Assembly: GCA_977017575.1 (NCBI GenBank)
Contig: CDRNVI010000014.1
Span: forward strand, 248,001 to 312,000
DNA length: 64,000 nt
Source of the DNA: Paramoeba atlantica
Taxonomy: Eukaryota; Protista; Discosea
Direction of reading: 5' to 3'
The position numbers and the translations under genes were made by a program. Shown here one piece after another: positions 17,398-27,130 of the stretch (positions are counted from its first letter, which is position 1; the number at the start of each line of letters is the position of its first letter). The notes below the pieces were generated by a model. The model searched no databases. It was not told where the DNA came from and saw only the letters and a program-made list of their open reading frames with translations.

Positions 17398-18810
17398 TCA
17401 TTTTACAAAACTCCTACACAACAAATTTTCAACCCTCCCCCACCCCTCCCTTGGCCTTCTCTTATTCTCCAACCCCTGTATCCTCTCCACCACGGACAAA
17501 AACACCTGCTCCACATGGAGCCCCGTCCGTGCACTACACTCCATAAACGGACACCCCAGGGCCTCCGCGAGCCGCTCCCCCTCCTCCACACTCACCGCCC
17601 GTTTCCTCCGTGCCGCAATCGGCTCCACCTCCTCCTCCTCCATCCCCCCCTCTACCATCCCCCCTCCCCCCGCGGGGTCCTCCTCCACGCCCCCCGTCGC
17701 GTGCAACGGGTGGAACAGAGGAGCACTCCCGGGGGGAGGCGTGGGGAGGAGCGTCGGGGGAGGCTCTGTGGTGGTAGTAGCCGTAGTACTGCTACTCCCC
17801 GGGGTGGGGCTGTCCCCTGTCACTGCGGCTACTGCTGTTGTTGTTGCAGCAGAGGCCTGGGGACGGGGAGTGGAGATGGAGGAGGAGCCACGGGGAGGGG
17901 AGGGGGAGGGACGGGTGGGGGTAGCGGTGGGAGGGAGGGGGAGCGGGGGAGGGTGGGAGGGGGATGCCCCGTGGGGAGGAGGGGTGGGGGAGGGGGGTAC
18001 ACGACGTGGGGTGGTGGTGGGGAGGGGTTGGGGAGGGGGGGAGGGGGAGAGGGGGGCGTGGGGGCCGGGGGTTTGTTCGGGTGCGGGGTGAGTGTGGGTG
18101 AGGTGCGTTGGGGGTAGGGGGGTGGTTTCCTCGCCGCAGCAGGTGCCGACGAGGAGGATGGGCGTCTCCGGGGCGGCGCATTCGATGACTTTTTCGTGGA
18201 GGCTGCGTACGGCGTGGAAGGAGGCGGGGTGGCTTACGGCGTAGAGAAGGACGTACCCGTGGGTGCCAATGCTAAGGATGGGAGGGAAGGTCCATGTGGT
18301 AGCCTCCTCCATCCCCGGGGTGTCCAGCAGAACGAGCTCATAGGGAATCTGGTTCACAGTGCGATGGGCGAGGACGGAGCCTTGACTGGTAGTGGGGCTG
18401 TAGGTGCCACGGAACCCGCCTTGCACAAAAGAGGCCAGCAAAGCACTCTTTCCCACCCCACGGAGGCCAAGAACACAAATCTTACGCCTTCGCATCACTG
18501 GCGTGGAAGGTCGAAGTTCCGGGAGTGTTGGAGGTTTCTCCCCAGTGGCCATATCAGAATCCTTTGCGGGGTCCAACGCAGATTCACGAAACGTGGACTC
18601 CTGGCGGGCGCGCTTACCACACGGCAGACAAACTTTAATGAGATTCTTCTCGGAGTCCGGCATTCGGACGGTGCAGGGCGTGCAGAATACGTGACCACAC
18701 TGACGACAGTGATTTTTTCGGCGAACCCCGAAGAAACGACGACCACACCCTGCTCGTTCGCATTTTGTGACCGTGCGCTTGTCTGTCCATTCAGCGGGAT
18801 CAATCAACAT
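17398..18810 (-). CDS. FYVE-domain/Rheb-like Ras-family GTPase fusion with a low-complexity insertion inside the G domain
   Basis: FYVE: WTDK...CERAGC...RRKNHCRQCGHVFCTPC...VCLPC. GTPase: KICVLGLRGVGKS, DTPG, SIGTHGYVLLYAV, VSVEEGERLAEALGCPFMECSAR (Rheb-like). Confidence 0.85.
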   Translation of the reverse strand: MLIDPAEWTDKRTVTKCERAGCGRRFFGVRRKNHCRQCGHVFCTPCTVRMPDSEKNLIKVCLPCGKRARQESTFRESALDPAKDSDMATGEKPPTLPELRPSTPVMRRRKICVLGLRGVGKSALLASFVQGGFRGTYSPTTSQGSVLAHRTVNQIPYELVLLDTPGMEEATTWTFPPILSIGTHGYVLLYAVSHPASFHAVRSLHEKVIECAAPETPILLVGTCCGEETTPLPPTHLTHTHPAPEQTPGPHAPLSPSPPPQPLPTTTPRRVPPSPTPPPHGASPSHPPPLPLPPTATPTRPSPSPPRGSSSISTPRPQASAATTTAVAAVTGDSPTPGSSSTTATTTTEPPPTLLPTPPPGSAPLFHPLHATGGVEEDPAGGGGMVEGGMEEEEVEPIAARRKRAVSVEEGERLAEALGCPFMECSARTGLHVEQVFLSVVERIQGLENKRRPREGWGRVENLLCRSFVK

Positions 18811-20156
18811 TACGAAAATGTCACTTTACTAGGTGAATGAAAATGTAAGAAAGAGAGAAGCCCAATGCGGGGTATAAATTATGGGTGAATGATAGGTTGT
18901 GTTTTACACAAAAAACGAGGTTGGGGAAAATTTAAAACCCTGGAATAAATTACTTAGGTGATTCTCTTTATTTGCTTTCTCAAAATTGCCGAAAATCTTT
19001 TTTTGTGTTCTTTAGAGGATTGAAACATCCAGTCTCACCCTGTGCATCTTCAACGGCAAAGACTTCGCGAAGTTTGGAAGATGCAGAATGAATAATAATA
19101 TAATGTTCGGGGTACTACTCCGCGAGAGGAGTGACTATCGTTTTCAGCCAATTCGGATGCTTCACCATGCGCGTTTTTTTTTGCCGACCCACTATAGTGG
19201 GAGTAAATACACCTGTTAGAAAAAACAGGTAGATAAGTTAAAGAATTGCTCAACTCGACAACCATATCAGTTTTTTTTGTTATCCCCCCCTTCTTTCCAG
19301 GGAAGAAGTTTCATGTGGAGAAGTTGAAAACAAGAAAAGTATAGTTTGGTCGTCAAGGGGTACACAATGTAAAAGTTTTGTTTTCGCTTTTCTGACAGCA
19401 ACTTCATATTCTTTACTTTACTATTCTTAGAGGAGTGACTCCTGTCCAGGAGCTCTTAAGTAGTAAGCAGTAAACTTCTACGGAACCCTGACTTTGTGGA
19501 ATGATTTTCGCAGAGGTCCGGAATCCTCAATGCCCCTTGAATATGGTGGGCCAGCATGCCAAAATGGTTTTCAACAGAGTTAGAAAGGGAAAAGAGGCTT
19601 TAAATGGGTAAGCGTATGACCGAGCTATGAATATGTACGTCACGCATACAACAGTGAAATGTAACGAACAAATACAGTACTACAAAAAGTTCGGTGTAAA
19701 AAGCAATATTGCATAGTGCATAAGAGTAGCTAATTGTGTCTATTTGTTCTTTAAAATAAAGTGCCTTACGGTGTTTTCGCAGTAAACTAGTACGTTTTTT
19801 TTCGTTTTTTTGTCTATTTGACTCACTCTGTTGTTTCTTTCATTTCACTCTTGGTCATTTTTTCATAAGCTTTTTATCCCTTTTCTAGAACATTTTCCGA
19901 TTCTTGTATCACCGTGCTCCTTTAAAATCTTTTTCACGTCCTCCCGATACTCCTCGATACTCGCCCTTTCACCCGCGCCATGCTTGTTAAAAGCAAACGA
20001 GCAAGACTCTCGCGACTTTCATTCCTGTACTATTGGAGATGTAGATGGCAGCATTTCTACCGAATCGTTGTAGAGGCTTCTGTTGCCAACTTCCCATTGC
20101 ACACATTCTGCATTCACTTTACATTGTACTTTACATGCACTTACCAATAACATACT

Positions 20157-21056
20157 TTACACGTATTGCAATGCCGAATCAAAACATACTCTCCGTTTGG
20201 ATAACGCATCCCGTTTTGGAGGTTGATGCACTGTGATGTTGGTTCCGGTCGTACAAATATATACACCCCATGGAAGACATTCTTTTACTAATTTGCCATA
20301 AAGTGCGATGTTGTCGTTCAAATACAGGCTAAGACTTTCGGGAAGCGACTCGAACGTCACATATCCATGAAAATGATTTGACGAAAGACCAAGGTACGTC
20401 AGGGATGGAGGCAAATTTTGTAAATCTGGGGCTCCCACAAGGGCATTGCCTTTCAAACACACGTCTCTTATGTCGCGTGGTAGTTTGCTGAAGCAGACGT
20501 TCCCCGAAAATTTATTATTTTCTAGAAATAATATCTGCAAACTTTTGGGGAGGGAAATCAGATCTACGGATCCGCTAAATTGATTATGGGAAAGGTTTAG
20601 GTACAGAAGAGATGGAGGAAGGGAGTCCAGTTGGACAGTACCTGTGAGCTCGTTATGTCCAGCGTGAAAAAAAGTAACGGAATAAGGAATGTACCGGAGA
20701 TTCAATTTCCCGCGGAGTCTTCGCCGATTAATAATAATCTTTCGTACCCCTTTTGTGGACCACTCATATCCTTTTGGAGTAAACATGTTGTGCTCTTGCT
20801 GTGGATAGTGATACAACTTCGGGAGTTCGTCTGACCAGCAGTAAGAATCAATATTTAGCCCGTTCCACTCGGTGGCAGGAGTATCTACCTTCCATGAAGA
20901 ATGCGGATTTTCCACTTCTTCAAATAGCCGAGCCAGTTCGTACTCTTGTGGTAGCACTGCGCCTCGTACTTTAGCTGGACGAGAAGCTCCCGAACGACTA
21001 TCCTGTGGACACTCTTCACTATTGATGAATCGTACAGATGGCATACTAGTACACAT
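20157..21056 (-). CDS. Leucine-rich repeat protein
   Basis: AKVRGAVLPQEYEL family motif and repeats LPPSLLYLNLSHNQFSGSVDLIS. Confidence 0.92.
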   Translation of the reverse strand: MCTSMPSVRFINSEECPQDSRSGASRPAKVRGAVLPQEYELARLFEEVENPHSSWKVDTPATEWNGLNIDSYCWSDELPKLYHYPQQEHNMFTPKGYEWSTKGVRKIIINRRRLRGKLNLRYIPYSVTFFHAGHNELTGTVQLDSLPPSLLYLNLSHNQFSGSVDLISLPKSLQILFLENNKFSGNVCFSKLPRDIRDVCLKGNALVGAPDLQNLPPSLTYLGLSSNHFHGYVTFESLPESLSLYLNDNIALYGKLVKECLPWGVYICTTGTNITVHQPPKRDALSKRRVCFDSALQYV

Positions 21057-21292
21057 ATTTTCCTCTAGAATGAATGAAAAACAATCCGAAAAATACGCGT
21101 AACCTACATTGTGTAAAATATTTGTTGATTACTACACGGATAATATCATCTCAAGAGAAAACAAACGGCATGCAATTTTGTAGTATTCAGTCGTGCGTTA
21201 TACAGATCTGGCATTATCTATTATTATACATCGTACAATTGCTCACCCACTGCACAGCAATGTAAATTATCTACGTAGGTGAGACAAATTAC

Positions 21293-22183
21293 CTAGGTTT
21301 CGAATACCTGCTTAAAGTAGGGCATGCAACCGCTCAATGACTTGCTATCTTGAAGCCGAACATGGTCATACGAGAGCCATTCCGCGTTTATGCCATGTAG
21401 TATCATTTTCGGGGGTAGTGCTCGAGTGTCCAACCATCCTTCCAGATTATTATAGCTAATGCTCAAAATAGAAAGCGTGTGGGGAAGCTGTGAGAAATCA
21501 ACCAGCCCAGAAAAGGAATTTCTTGCCAAAATGCACACGCGAATGTCTTGTGGACAATGAGTGAATACTAATGGGCCGTCTAGGTTGTTATAGAAAACGT
21601 CAATTTCTTGCATGTTTTTCGGTAGAGCTCCGATATCACACTCTTTACTAAATTCATTCTCTCCTAACCCCAAAGTCTCAAGACTTGAAGGCAGCATGTC
21701 CCATTTCACAGTACCGGAGATTCGATTTCCCATCACTCCCTTTGACAGATAACTGGATTTCGATTTTCCGTCATAGTCCTTGGCTGTGCTTCTCGCGCCT
21801 AGTTCAAGGATTTTCAAGGACGAAGGTAAGAAATGCCATTCTGGTGAGCCTCGAAGCAGCTGATCAGCCCAATAAATAATCAAAATAGTCCCGTTTGTAT
21901 TGCACTGAACGCCGGTCCATTCACACGCGGCAGTTTCAGTAGACCAGGAAAATGGCAAATGTTGAGAATTCAATGTCTCATATTCATCGTCAATATTGTA
22001 GTGCGCTGTATGTTGGCTGTATAAATTCTGTGTAAATCGGGCAAGGTCGTACTCCGGTGGCAGCGTTGCCCCTCTGATACGTGACGCCTTGCTTCTGCTC
22101 GCGTTTTGCGCAGCCTTATTTTGGCCTGAAGTACCCACGGGTACGATACAACGTTTTTTTCGTGACGGAGGACCGAAATCCAT
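21293..22183 (-). CDS. Leucine-rich repeat protein
   Basis: RIRGATLPPEYDL motif, cap ACEWTGVQC, and repeats LPHTLSILSISYNNLEGWLD. Confidence 0.9.
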   Translation of the reverse strand: MDFGPPSRKKRCIVPVGTSGQNKAAQNASRSKASRIRGATLPPEYDLARFTQNLYSQHTAHYNIDDEYETLNSQHLPFSWSTETAACEWTGVQCNTNGTILIIYWADQLLRGSPEWHFLPSSLKILELGARSTAKDYDGKSKSSYLSKGVMGNRISGTVKWDMLPSSLETLGLGENEFSKECDIGALPKNMQEIDVFYNNLDGPLVFTHCPQDIRVCILARNSFSGLVDFSQLPHTLSILSISYNNLEGWLDTRALPPKMILHGINAEWLSYDHVRLQDSKSLSGCMPYFKQVFET

Positions 22184-22349
22184 ACTTAAAACGTAAAAAC
22201 TCGTTTTTAGATAGTCTTCTTGGGAATGAGAAGTATGAAAAATGATTGAGTATGAGAATCATAAAATGTTTTTGAGTCGAGTGTCACAATGTTCTCACCT
22301 AATCACAAATCTGTGGGATCGATGAATAGCCAAATGTGTGAATATCATA

Positions 22350-22655
22350 CTAAGACTTTGCAATTGCGATATGTGACTTTAGCAAAAATGGACCTTTGAG
22401 TTTACATTCTTTGTGTACGCACATGCGTCCTACAACGGGATCAAACTTCACTCTCTGTATCTTTCGAGTTTGGTCTAAAAGTTCTGCGTCAGTTTTCATG
22501 TACGTTCTAAAGTATCCCGTGTTGGCCTCACTGCGCAGCGCCACAAAACAGTTTCGAATTTTTCGTCGGCAAACCTTTTCCACGTAGCCCACCATTCGCG
22601 TTTTAAGTCGCGTCTTGTACTGCCCCTTGAACAAGAAAGCGGTATAGCTAAACAT
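22350..22655 (-). CDS. Mitochondrial ribosomal protein bL33m
   Basis: FVALRSEANTGYFRTYMK and KFDPVVGRMCVHKE match the L33 pattern LxSxAxTGxxYxxxK...KYDPxVxxHxxFxE. Confidence 0.8.
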   Translation of the reverse strand: MFSYTAFLFKGQYKTRLKTRMVGYVEKVCRRKIRNCFVALRSEANTGYFRTYMKTDAELLDQTRKIQRVKFDPVVGRMCVHKECKLKGPFLLKSHIAIAKS

Positions 22656-22948
22656 TGGAAAAAAGCAGATGGAAAGAAAATTATAGTGCTAAATTAAATC
22701 CTTTCTAATAGCATGCTACGGAATTCGATTGACCAATAAACAAGAAACGAACAGGAATCCAAAAGTTAATTCGTTAACCAAACGTTAAACGAACGTGTAA
22801 CCATCGCGTATTACGAATGTACAAAAACTGAATTGATTTAAACCCAGAATCGTTTGTCGTATTCGTGCGCGTCTTGTTACATGTGTTTTCATCAAAAATT
22901 CAAAATCAATAGTCGGTAATTTACTACTCTGCGCTAAACATCTTACCC

Positions 22949-23971
22949 CTAGTGCTCCGAAGGGTCGTAGAGCTGTGAAACCCAAGCCGCGGATAACTCC
23001 ACATTCGGCGCAGGTACTGCGGCAGCCTGACTCCAGAAATAGGCTTGGTTCATGTAATTCCACCAGAATGCACAGCATTTACGCCACTGCTCAAGAGAGT
23101 ACGGATTTCCCCCGTGTACGTCCTGAGTCTCTTCCACAGACTCTGCTTTCGTCTCTGATTTCTCAGCTGCATCCTCCTTGGCCGTTTTCTCTTCCCACAG
23201 AGGGGGTGGGGGATAGCTTTTGTTTCTCTCCCACCAGGCGACCACCCAGTGATACCACCTCGACCACACTTTATCATGCCACTCACGAGAGCACAGCGGC
23301 ACCCCGGTGATCAGAAGCCGTGACACCGGTGGGGGTGGGGGAGGGGGGAACCGTCCAGCCTTATCCCCCGTATCCACTTTTTCACTCTCTTTTTTATTTC
23401 CACTACGCCCTTGGACGTTTGTCTCGAGCACCGTTCCCCCAGTGTGCTCGGCGCCACGTTGTGGGGCTCCCGAGGGGTTGTGGACTTCTGTGGTCTCGGG
23501 TGACACACTTGGGGGCATTCCCTCTCGTGGGAGCCCTTTTACCCGACCGTAGCCCACAATAGGGGAGTCCATGGCATCGGGCCAGTCCTCTCCCTCGGGG
23601 GTACGCCCCGGCTGGGTTGCCCTCTTGGGTTGTACACCCGAGAGTACCGGGGATAGGGTCGGGTGGGTGTTGCTCTTAGTACCCGAGGGGGTGGGACCCG
23701 GCAGTGAGTGTCCATGTGAGGGGGCGACGGAGGAACTCGGCAAAGGGTCCGAGAACGTCGCAGGGGTGGGAAACGCACTGCTAGGGGTGTCCCCAAAGTC
23801 CACAAAGGGCCCGGGTCGGGGTAGAGCGCTGGGCCAGTGCAGGCGGATCTCCTGTGAAGAAGACTCCACGAGGAGTTGTTTTTCCGTGGAGGGTTCTGTC
23901 TCTGTTTCACGGAGCTCGGCTTCGGGGGAGCGTTCTCGCAAGGTTTGTAGTGTAGGTTTCGCTTTCTGCAT
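22949..23971 (-). CDS. Hypothetical Pro-rich protein with two Trp/Tyr-rich C-terminal motifs
   Basis: Longest ORF on the gene strand, with an ATG start. No family recognised. Confidence 0.6.
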   Translation of the reverse strand: MQKAKPTLQTLRERSPEAELRETETEPSTEKQLLVESSSQEIRLHWPSALPRPGPFVDFGDTPSSAFPTPATFSDPLPSSSVAPSHGHSLPGPTPSGTKSNTHPTLSPVLSGVQPKRATQPGRTPEGEDWPDAMDSPIVGYGRVKGLPREGMPPSVSPETTEVHNPSGAPQRGAEHTGGTVLETNVQGRSGNKKESEKVDTGDKAGRFPPPPPPPVSRLLITGVPLCSREWHDKVWSRWYHWVVAWWERNKSYPPPPLWEEKTAKEDAAEKSETKAESVEETQDVHGGNPYSLEQWRKCCAFWWNYMNQAYFWSQAAAVPAPNVELSAAWVSQLYDPSEH

Positions 23972-24007
23972 GGGGGTAGCAATAATTTAAAGGCACGAGT
24001 GTATCAT

Positions 24008-24067
24008 AGTAAAAAAACACAACTATATGAGTAAAAAAACACAACTATATGAGTAAAAACACAACTA
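24008..24067. repeat. 22-bp tandem repeat, about 2.7 copies (AGTAAAAAAACACAACTATATG)
   Basis: Units at 24008, 24030 and 24052 (partial), just upstream of the 22949-23971 gene. Confidence 0.9.
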
Positions 24068-24863
24068 AGCTAGATGGGCATCTTAAGAATACAATGGAGA
24101 ATACAATAATATTTATGCTTCATCTGATTTCCATTGCCGTTTGATCTTAGATACCGTACGTTCTTGTATTTCTCTGCTGAGACCAGTTATCATAACTTTG
24201 CTGCTCTAAACAAGAGAGAAACTCTTTACTACAGAGGAACAAAAAATTCGTTCGCCTTTGTCGCAGCACCTGCGTCTCTGAAGACGTCAAAGTTTAGATC
24301 CACTTTTCTTCTGAGATATCCGCAAGGAAAAAGGCATTGGTTTTGCAATTTGTTAGGGACACCTGACTTAAACCCGAGGATCTGGATCACCTGCAACAGC
24401 ATCAAGATCGTCGATAACTGCACACATTTCGCAAAAGAATTTTCAAAATGCCAAATGTTATAAAAAATCCATGCACAGCAAATTGTAATTGAACGATAAA
24501 ATGCTCAGTTTTCCGTTTTCAGCTATCTTTTTTTTGGAGTTGCCCAGGAGCTTTTTCGTATCTCTCAGAGAACAACATAACGAGTTATCTCACATCCGTA
24601 AAGCCAAAACACCATATTATGGACAATAGGGAGGCGAAGTCTCTTCTTTACGAATAACATACTAGAGTAAGAGCAAACAGATGAGTCGGATTAGACTTCG
24701 TCCAGCGAAGTCAACTCCTGTAAAGTTCTCGAAGCTTCGGGTAGAGTTTCGGTGCGGTTTCGGTGCAGTTTTACGTGCGCAAGTATACACCGTGTACAGT
24801 CGCACACGTAACTTAGCAGTGCACTGACTGCACCAGAATCTCCTCATAACTTGTAGGTCAAGA

Positions 24864-25778
24864 CTAACGAGTCGCCCTCCATCCTATTCGAACACAACGG
24901 GGAACAGTTTCATTCCCGCACATTGAGACGTCCGTTCGTCGTAGATCCAAAAATTGTACGGACGCGGGCAAGTCAACGAACGATAAGGTTCCATTGAAGT
25001 AATTATCTGAGAGGAGCAGGATTTTCAGATAAGGTGACAAACTTGAAATATTGAGGAAACCAGACAATGAGTTGTTTTCAAGTGACAACCAATGTAGAGA
25101 CGGCGTAAGGTTGTCCAGTTTGATTTCCCCTTCAAAGTGATTTTTCGATAGATCACATACTTGTATCATGAACGGCAGGGACTGAAGCTCCAACTTTCCC
25201 TCAAAGCAGTTATTCGATATATCTAAGAATTCAATTCTTCGTGGGAGACCAGATAGTGAGAATATGCCTGACAATAAATTTGACGAAAGATCAATTGATC
25301 TTAATGTGGACGGAAGCGACTCTATTATCACTGGTCCTTCTAACTGATTGGTATGTTGCGAAAAATGGGTGTTGTCAGCCCCCAGCTGAAGAACCTCTAG
25401 ACCAAGAGGAAGGTGGCCCCACGAAGGACTCCCTCCCAAGCGCAAGCCATTCCATCGGAGTTCCGTGACAGTACCATTGCGACAGATGACCGCACTCCAC
25501 TCGCACGCCGGAGTTTCTCTACCCCATGAGGAAATCGGGCCTTGCGGAATCATGCTGATTTGAGTCGGGTCGTGAACTTCCTTTCCGAAACTAAGGTTCT
25601 CTATAAAGAGAGACAATTCTATCTCCGGAGCAAGAATGGCACCACGGACTTTGGATCCAAACACTCGTGTAGATGGTAGCGCATGTGATCCACCTTCCAC
25701 TTTACGACGTTTTTGGTTTGGTGGTATGGATTCCGAGCTCAGTACACCAAACTGAAGATCATGTCCAGCAGACAACAT
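24864..25778 (-). CDS. Leucine-rich repeat protein
   Basis: SKVRGAILAPEIEL motif, cap PACEWSAVIC, and repeats LPSTLRSIDLSSNLLSGIFSLSG. Confidence 0.92.
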   Translation of the reverse strand: MLSAGHDLQFGVLSSESIPPNQKRRKVEGGSHALPSTRVFGSKVRGAILAPEIELSLFIENLSFGKEVHDPTQISMIPQGPISSWGRETPACEWSAVICRNGTVTELRWNGLRLGGSPSWGHLPLGLEVLQLGADNTHFSQHTNQLEGPVIIESLPSTLRSIDLSSNLLSGIFSLSGLPRRIEFLDISNNCFEGKLELQSLPFMIQVCDLSKNHFEGEIKLDNLTPSLHWLSLENNSLSGFLNISSLSPYLKILLLSDNYFNGTLSFVDLPASVQFLDLRRTDVSMCGNETVPRCVRIGWRATR

Positions 25779-26117
25779 TGATTTTTCGGAAATTTTTAAA
25801 ACAAAAACAATTAAATGATTCTCATCGTCACGTTCTCTCCAACATACATATTTCTATATTTCCTAGTTTTTGAACACACTGGAGTTTCTGACATAAAACC
25901 ACGCAAACAATAACCGGAAAAGTCCCGTACAGCCCCGTATAGAAGGGCGTATTGTAATATCCAGGTTCGGTCCCCTTAAACGCTCCCTTTTTGACAAAGT
26001 ATCTTAATTTAACCACATACATGCAATAGTACCCTCAATCCCCCCAAACTTCCCTACCCCCCCTCACGCTACTCCCCCGCACATAAGTGCGAGAACGTTT
26101 CACCCCCCTTTCCCCCC

Positions 26118-26741
26118 CTAACTCTCATTCGAGGCCGCCTGTACATCCGGCATACCCTCCACCCCCTTCTTCGGGTCGCCATGTATCACATGGACATTCC
26201 CGTGCGGGGGGCTGACATGGATATACGGGAAGTAGTGATGCTTACTCGTCGCGGGGTCCAGCTGCGGGTTCAGCCGCAGCCGCCCACTCGCGACCACCAC
26301 GTACCCCTCCCGTAGCATCTGCCGTACCTGGGTGCAGAACGGCTCCCCGAAGCACCGGATGGTGTGGTGGTCCTTCTCCAGGACCGCCTCCCCGGTGCGG
26401 CCGTGGATCATGGTGTCCAGGGAGCTGGTGGAGAGGGTGAACTGACACACCGGGTCCTCGTAGACGAACCCGCTCTGGATGTCGTGGGCGACCCCGACCA
26501 GGGTGACGTGGTTCACCGACTTGTACAGCGGGGAGGGGGGAGGGGGGCTGTGCGGGGAGGGGGGCGTCGCGCCGCTGCTCCCCGTGGGGGGAGGGGATTG
26601 GGGGAGTGGGCCCGTGGGGGAGGGCTCGGAGGGTGGGGGGTTGGACGGGGTGGGGGGTTTTGTGGCGGTGGCGGCTGTGACCCCCATCCCGGCGGTTTGG
26701 GAGACGGATTGGAGGAAACGACGGGTGTAGCGGAAGAGCAT
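26118..26741 (-). CDS. KREPA6: RNA-editing complex OB-fold subunit KREPA6 (MP18)
   Basis: [30 protein letters not shown]...[12 protein letters not shown]...GRLRLNPQL...[12 protein letters not shown] closely follows trypanosomatid MP18 as I recall it. The N-terminus is mitochondrial-type. Confidence 0.92.
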   Translation of the reverse strand: MLFRYTRRFLQSVSQTAGMGVTAATATKPPTPSNPPPSEPSPTGPLPQSPPPTGSSGATPPSPHSPPPPSPLYKSVNHVTLVGVAHDIQSGFVYEDPVCQFTLSTSSLDTMIHGRTGEAVLEKDHHTIRCFGEPFCTQVRQMLREGYVVVASGRLRLNPQLDPATSKHHYFPYIHVSPPHGNVHVIHGDPKKGVEGMPDVQAASNES

Positions 26742-27130
26742 GGTGATGGGGTGGGCAAAAAAGGAAGATAGTGGAAAACTTTAGAATGATCAGTTATTTT
26801 TGGGAAAATTATTGCGTTTTACAAACATACAGAAGGAAGAAGGAATACTTCTTGTATCATGAAATGCTGAATGTTCATTTCATGTGCTTAATATGTGATA
26901 TACAAATTTGGTCAAGAAATCTCTGTCGTACAGAAGTAAGAAAAATGAGCAAAAACGGATAAAAAATACCCCTGCTGGGGAGCCTCTTACATGTACGACT
27001 TTCTTACATGTCCGACACAGTATATTGATCTGCTTTACGGCACATACGAGTTTATGTTTTAGTAGAAAATATTACAGTTACACCGCTAATTTTGACACCG
27101 TGCACAAGCAACTACCGTGTAAAAGCAAGA

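Noticed and set aside
19780-20150. Stop-interrupted minus-strand frame (..SPIVQE*KSRESCSF..EEYREDVKKIL..) as pseudogene or read-through gene
   Set aside because: No recognisable homology and further stops follow. All real genes here use TGA as an ordinary stop.
24134-24847. Short ORFs 24134..24463, 24229..24423 and 24662..24847
   Set aside because: They are 61-109 aa with no motifs. A small mitochondrial protein at 24662..24847 cannot be excluded but is unsupported.
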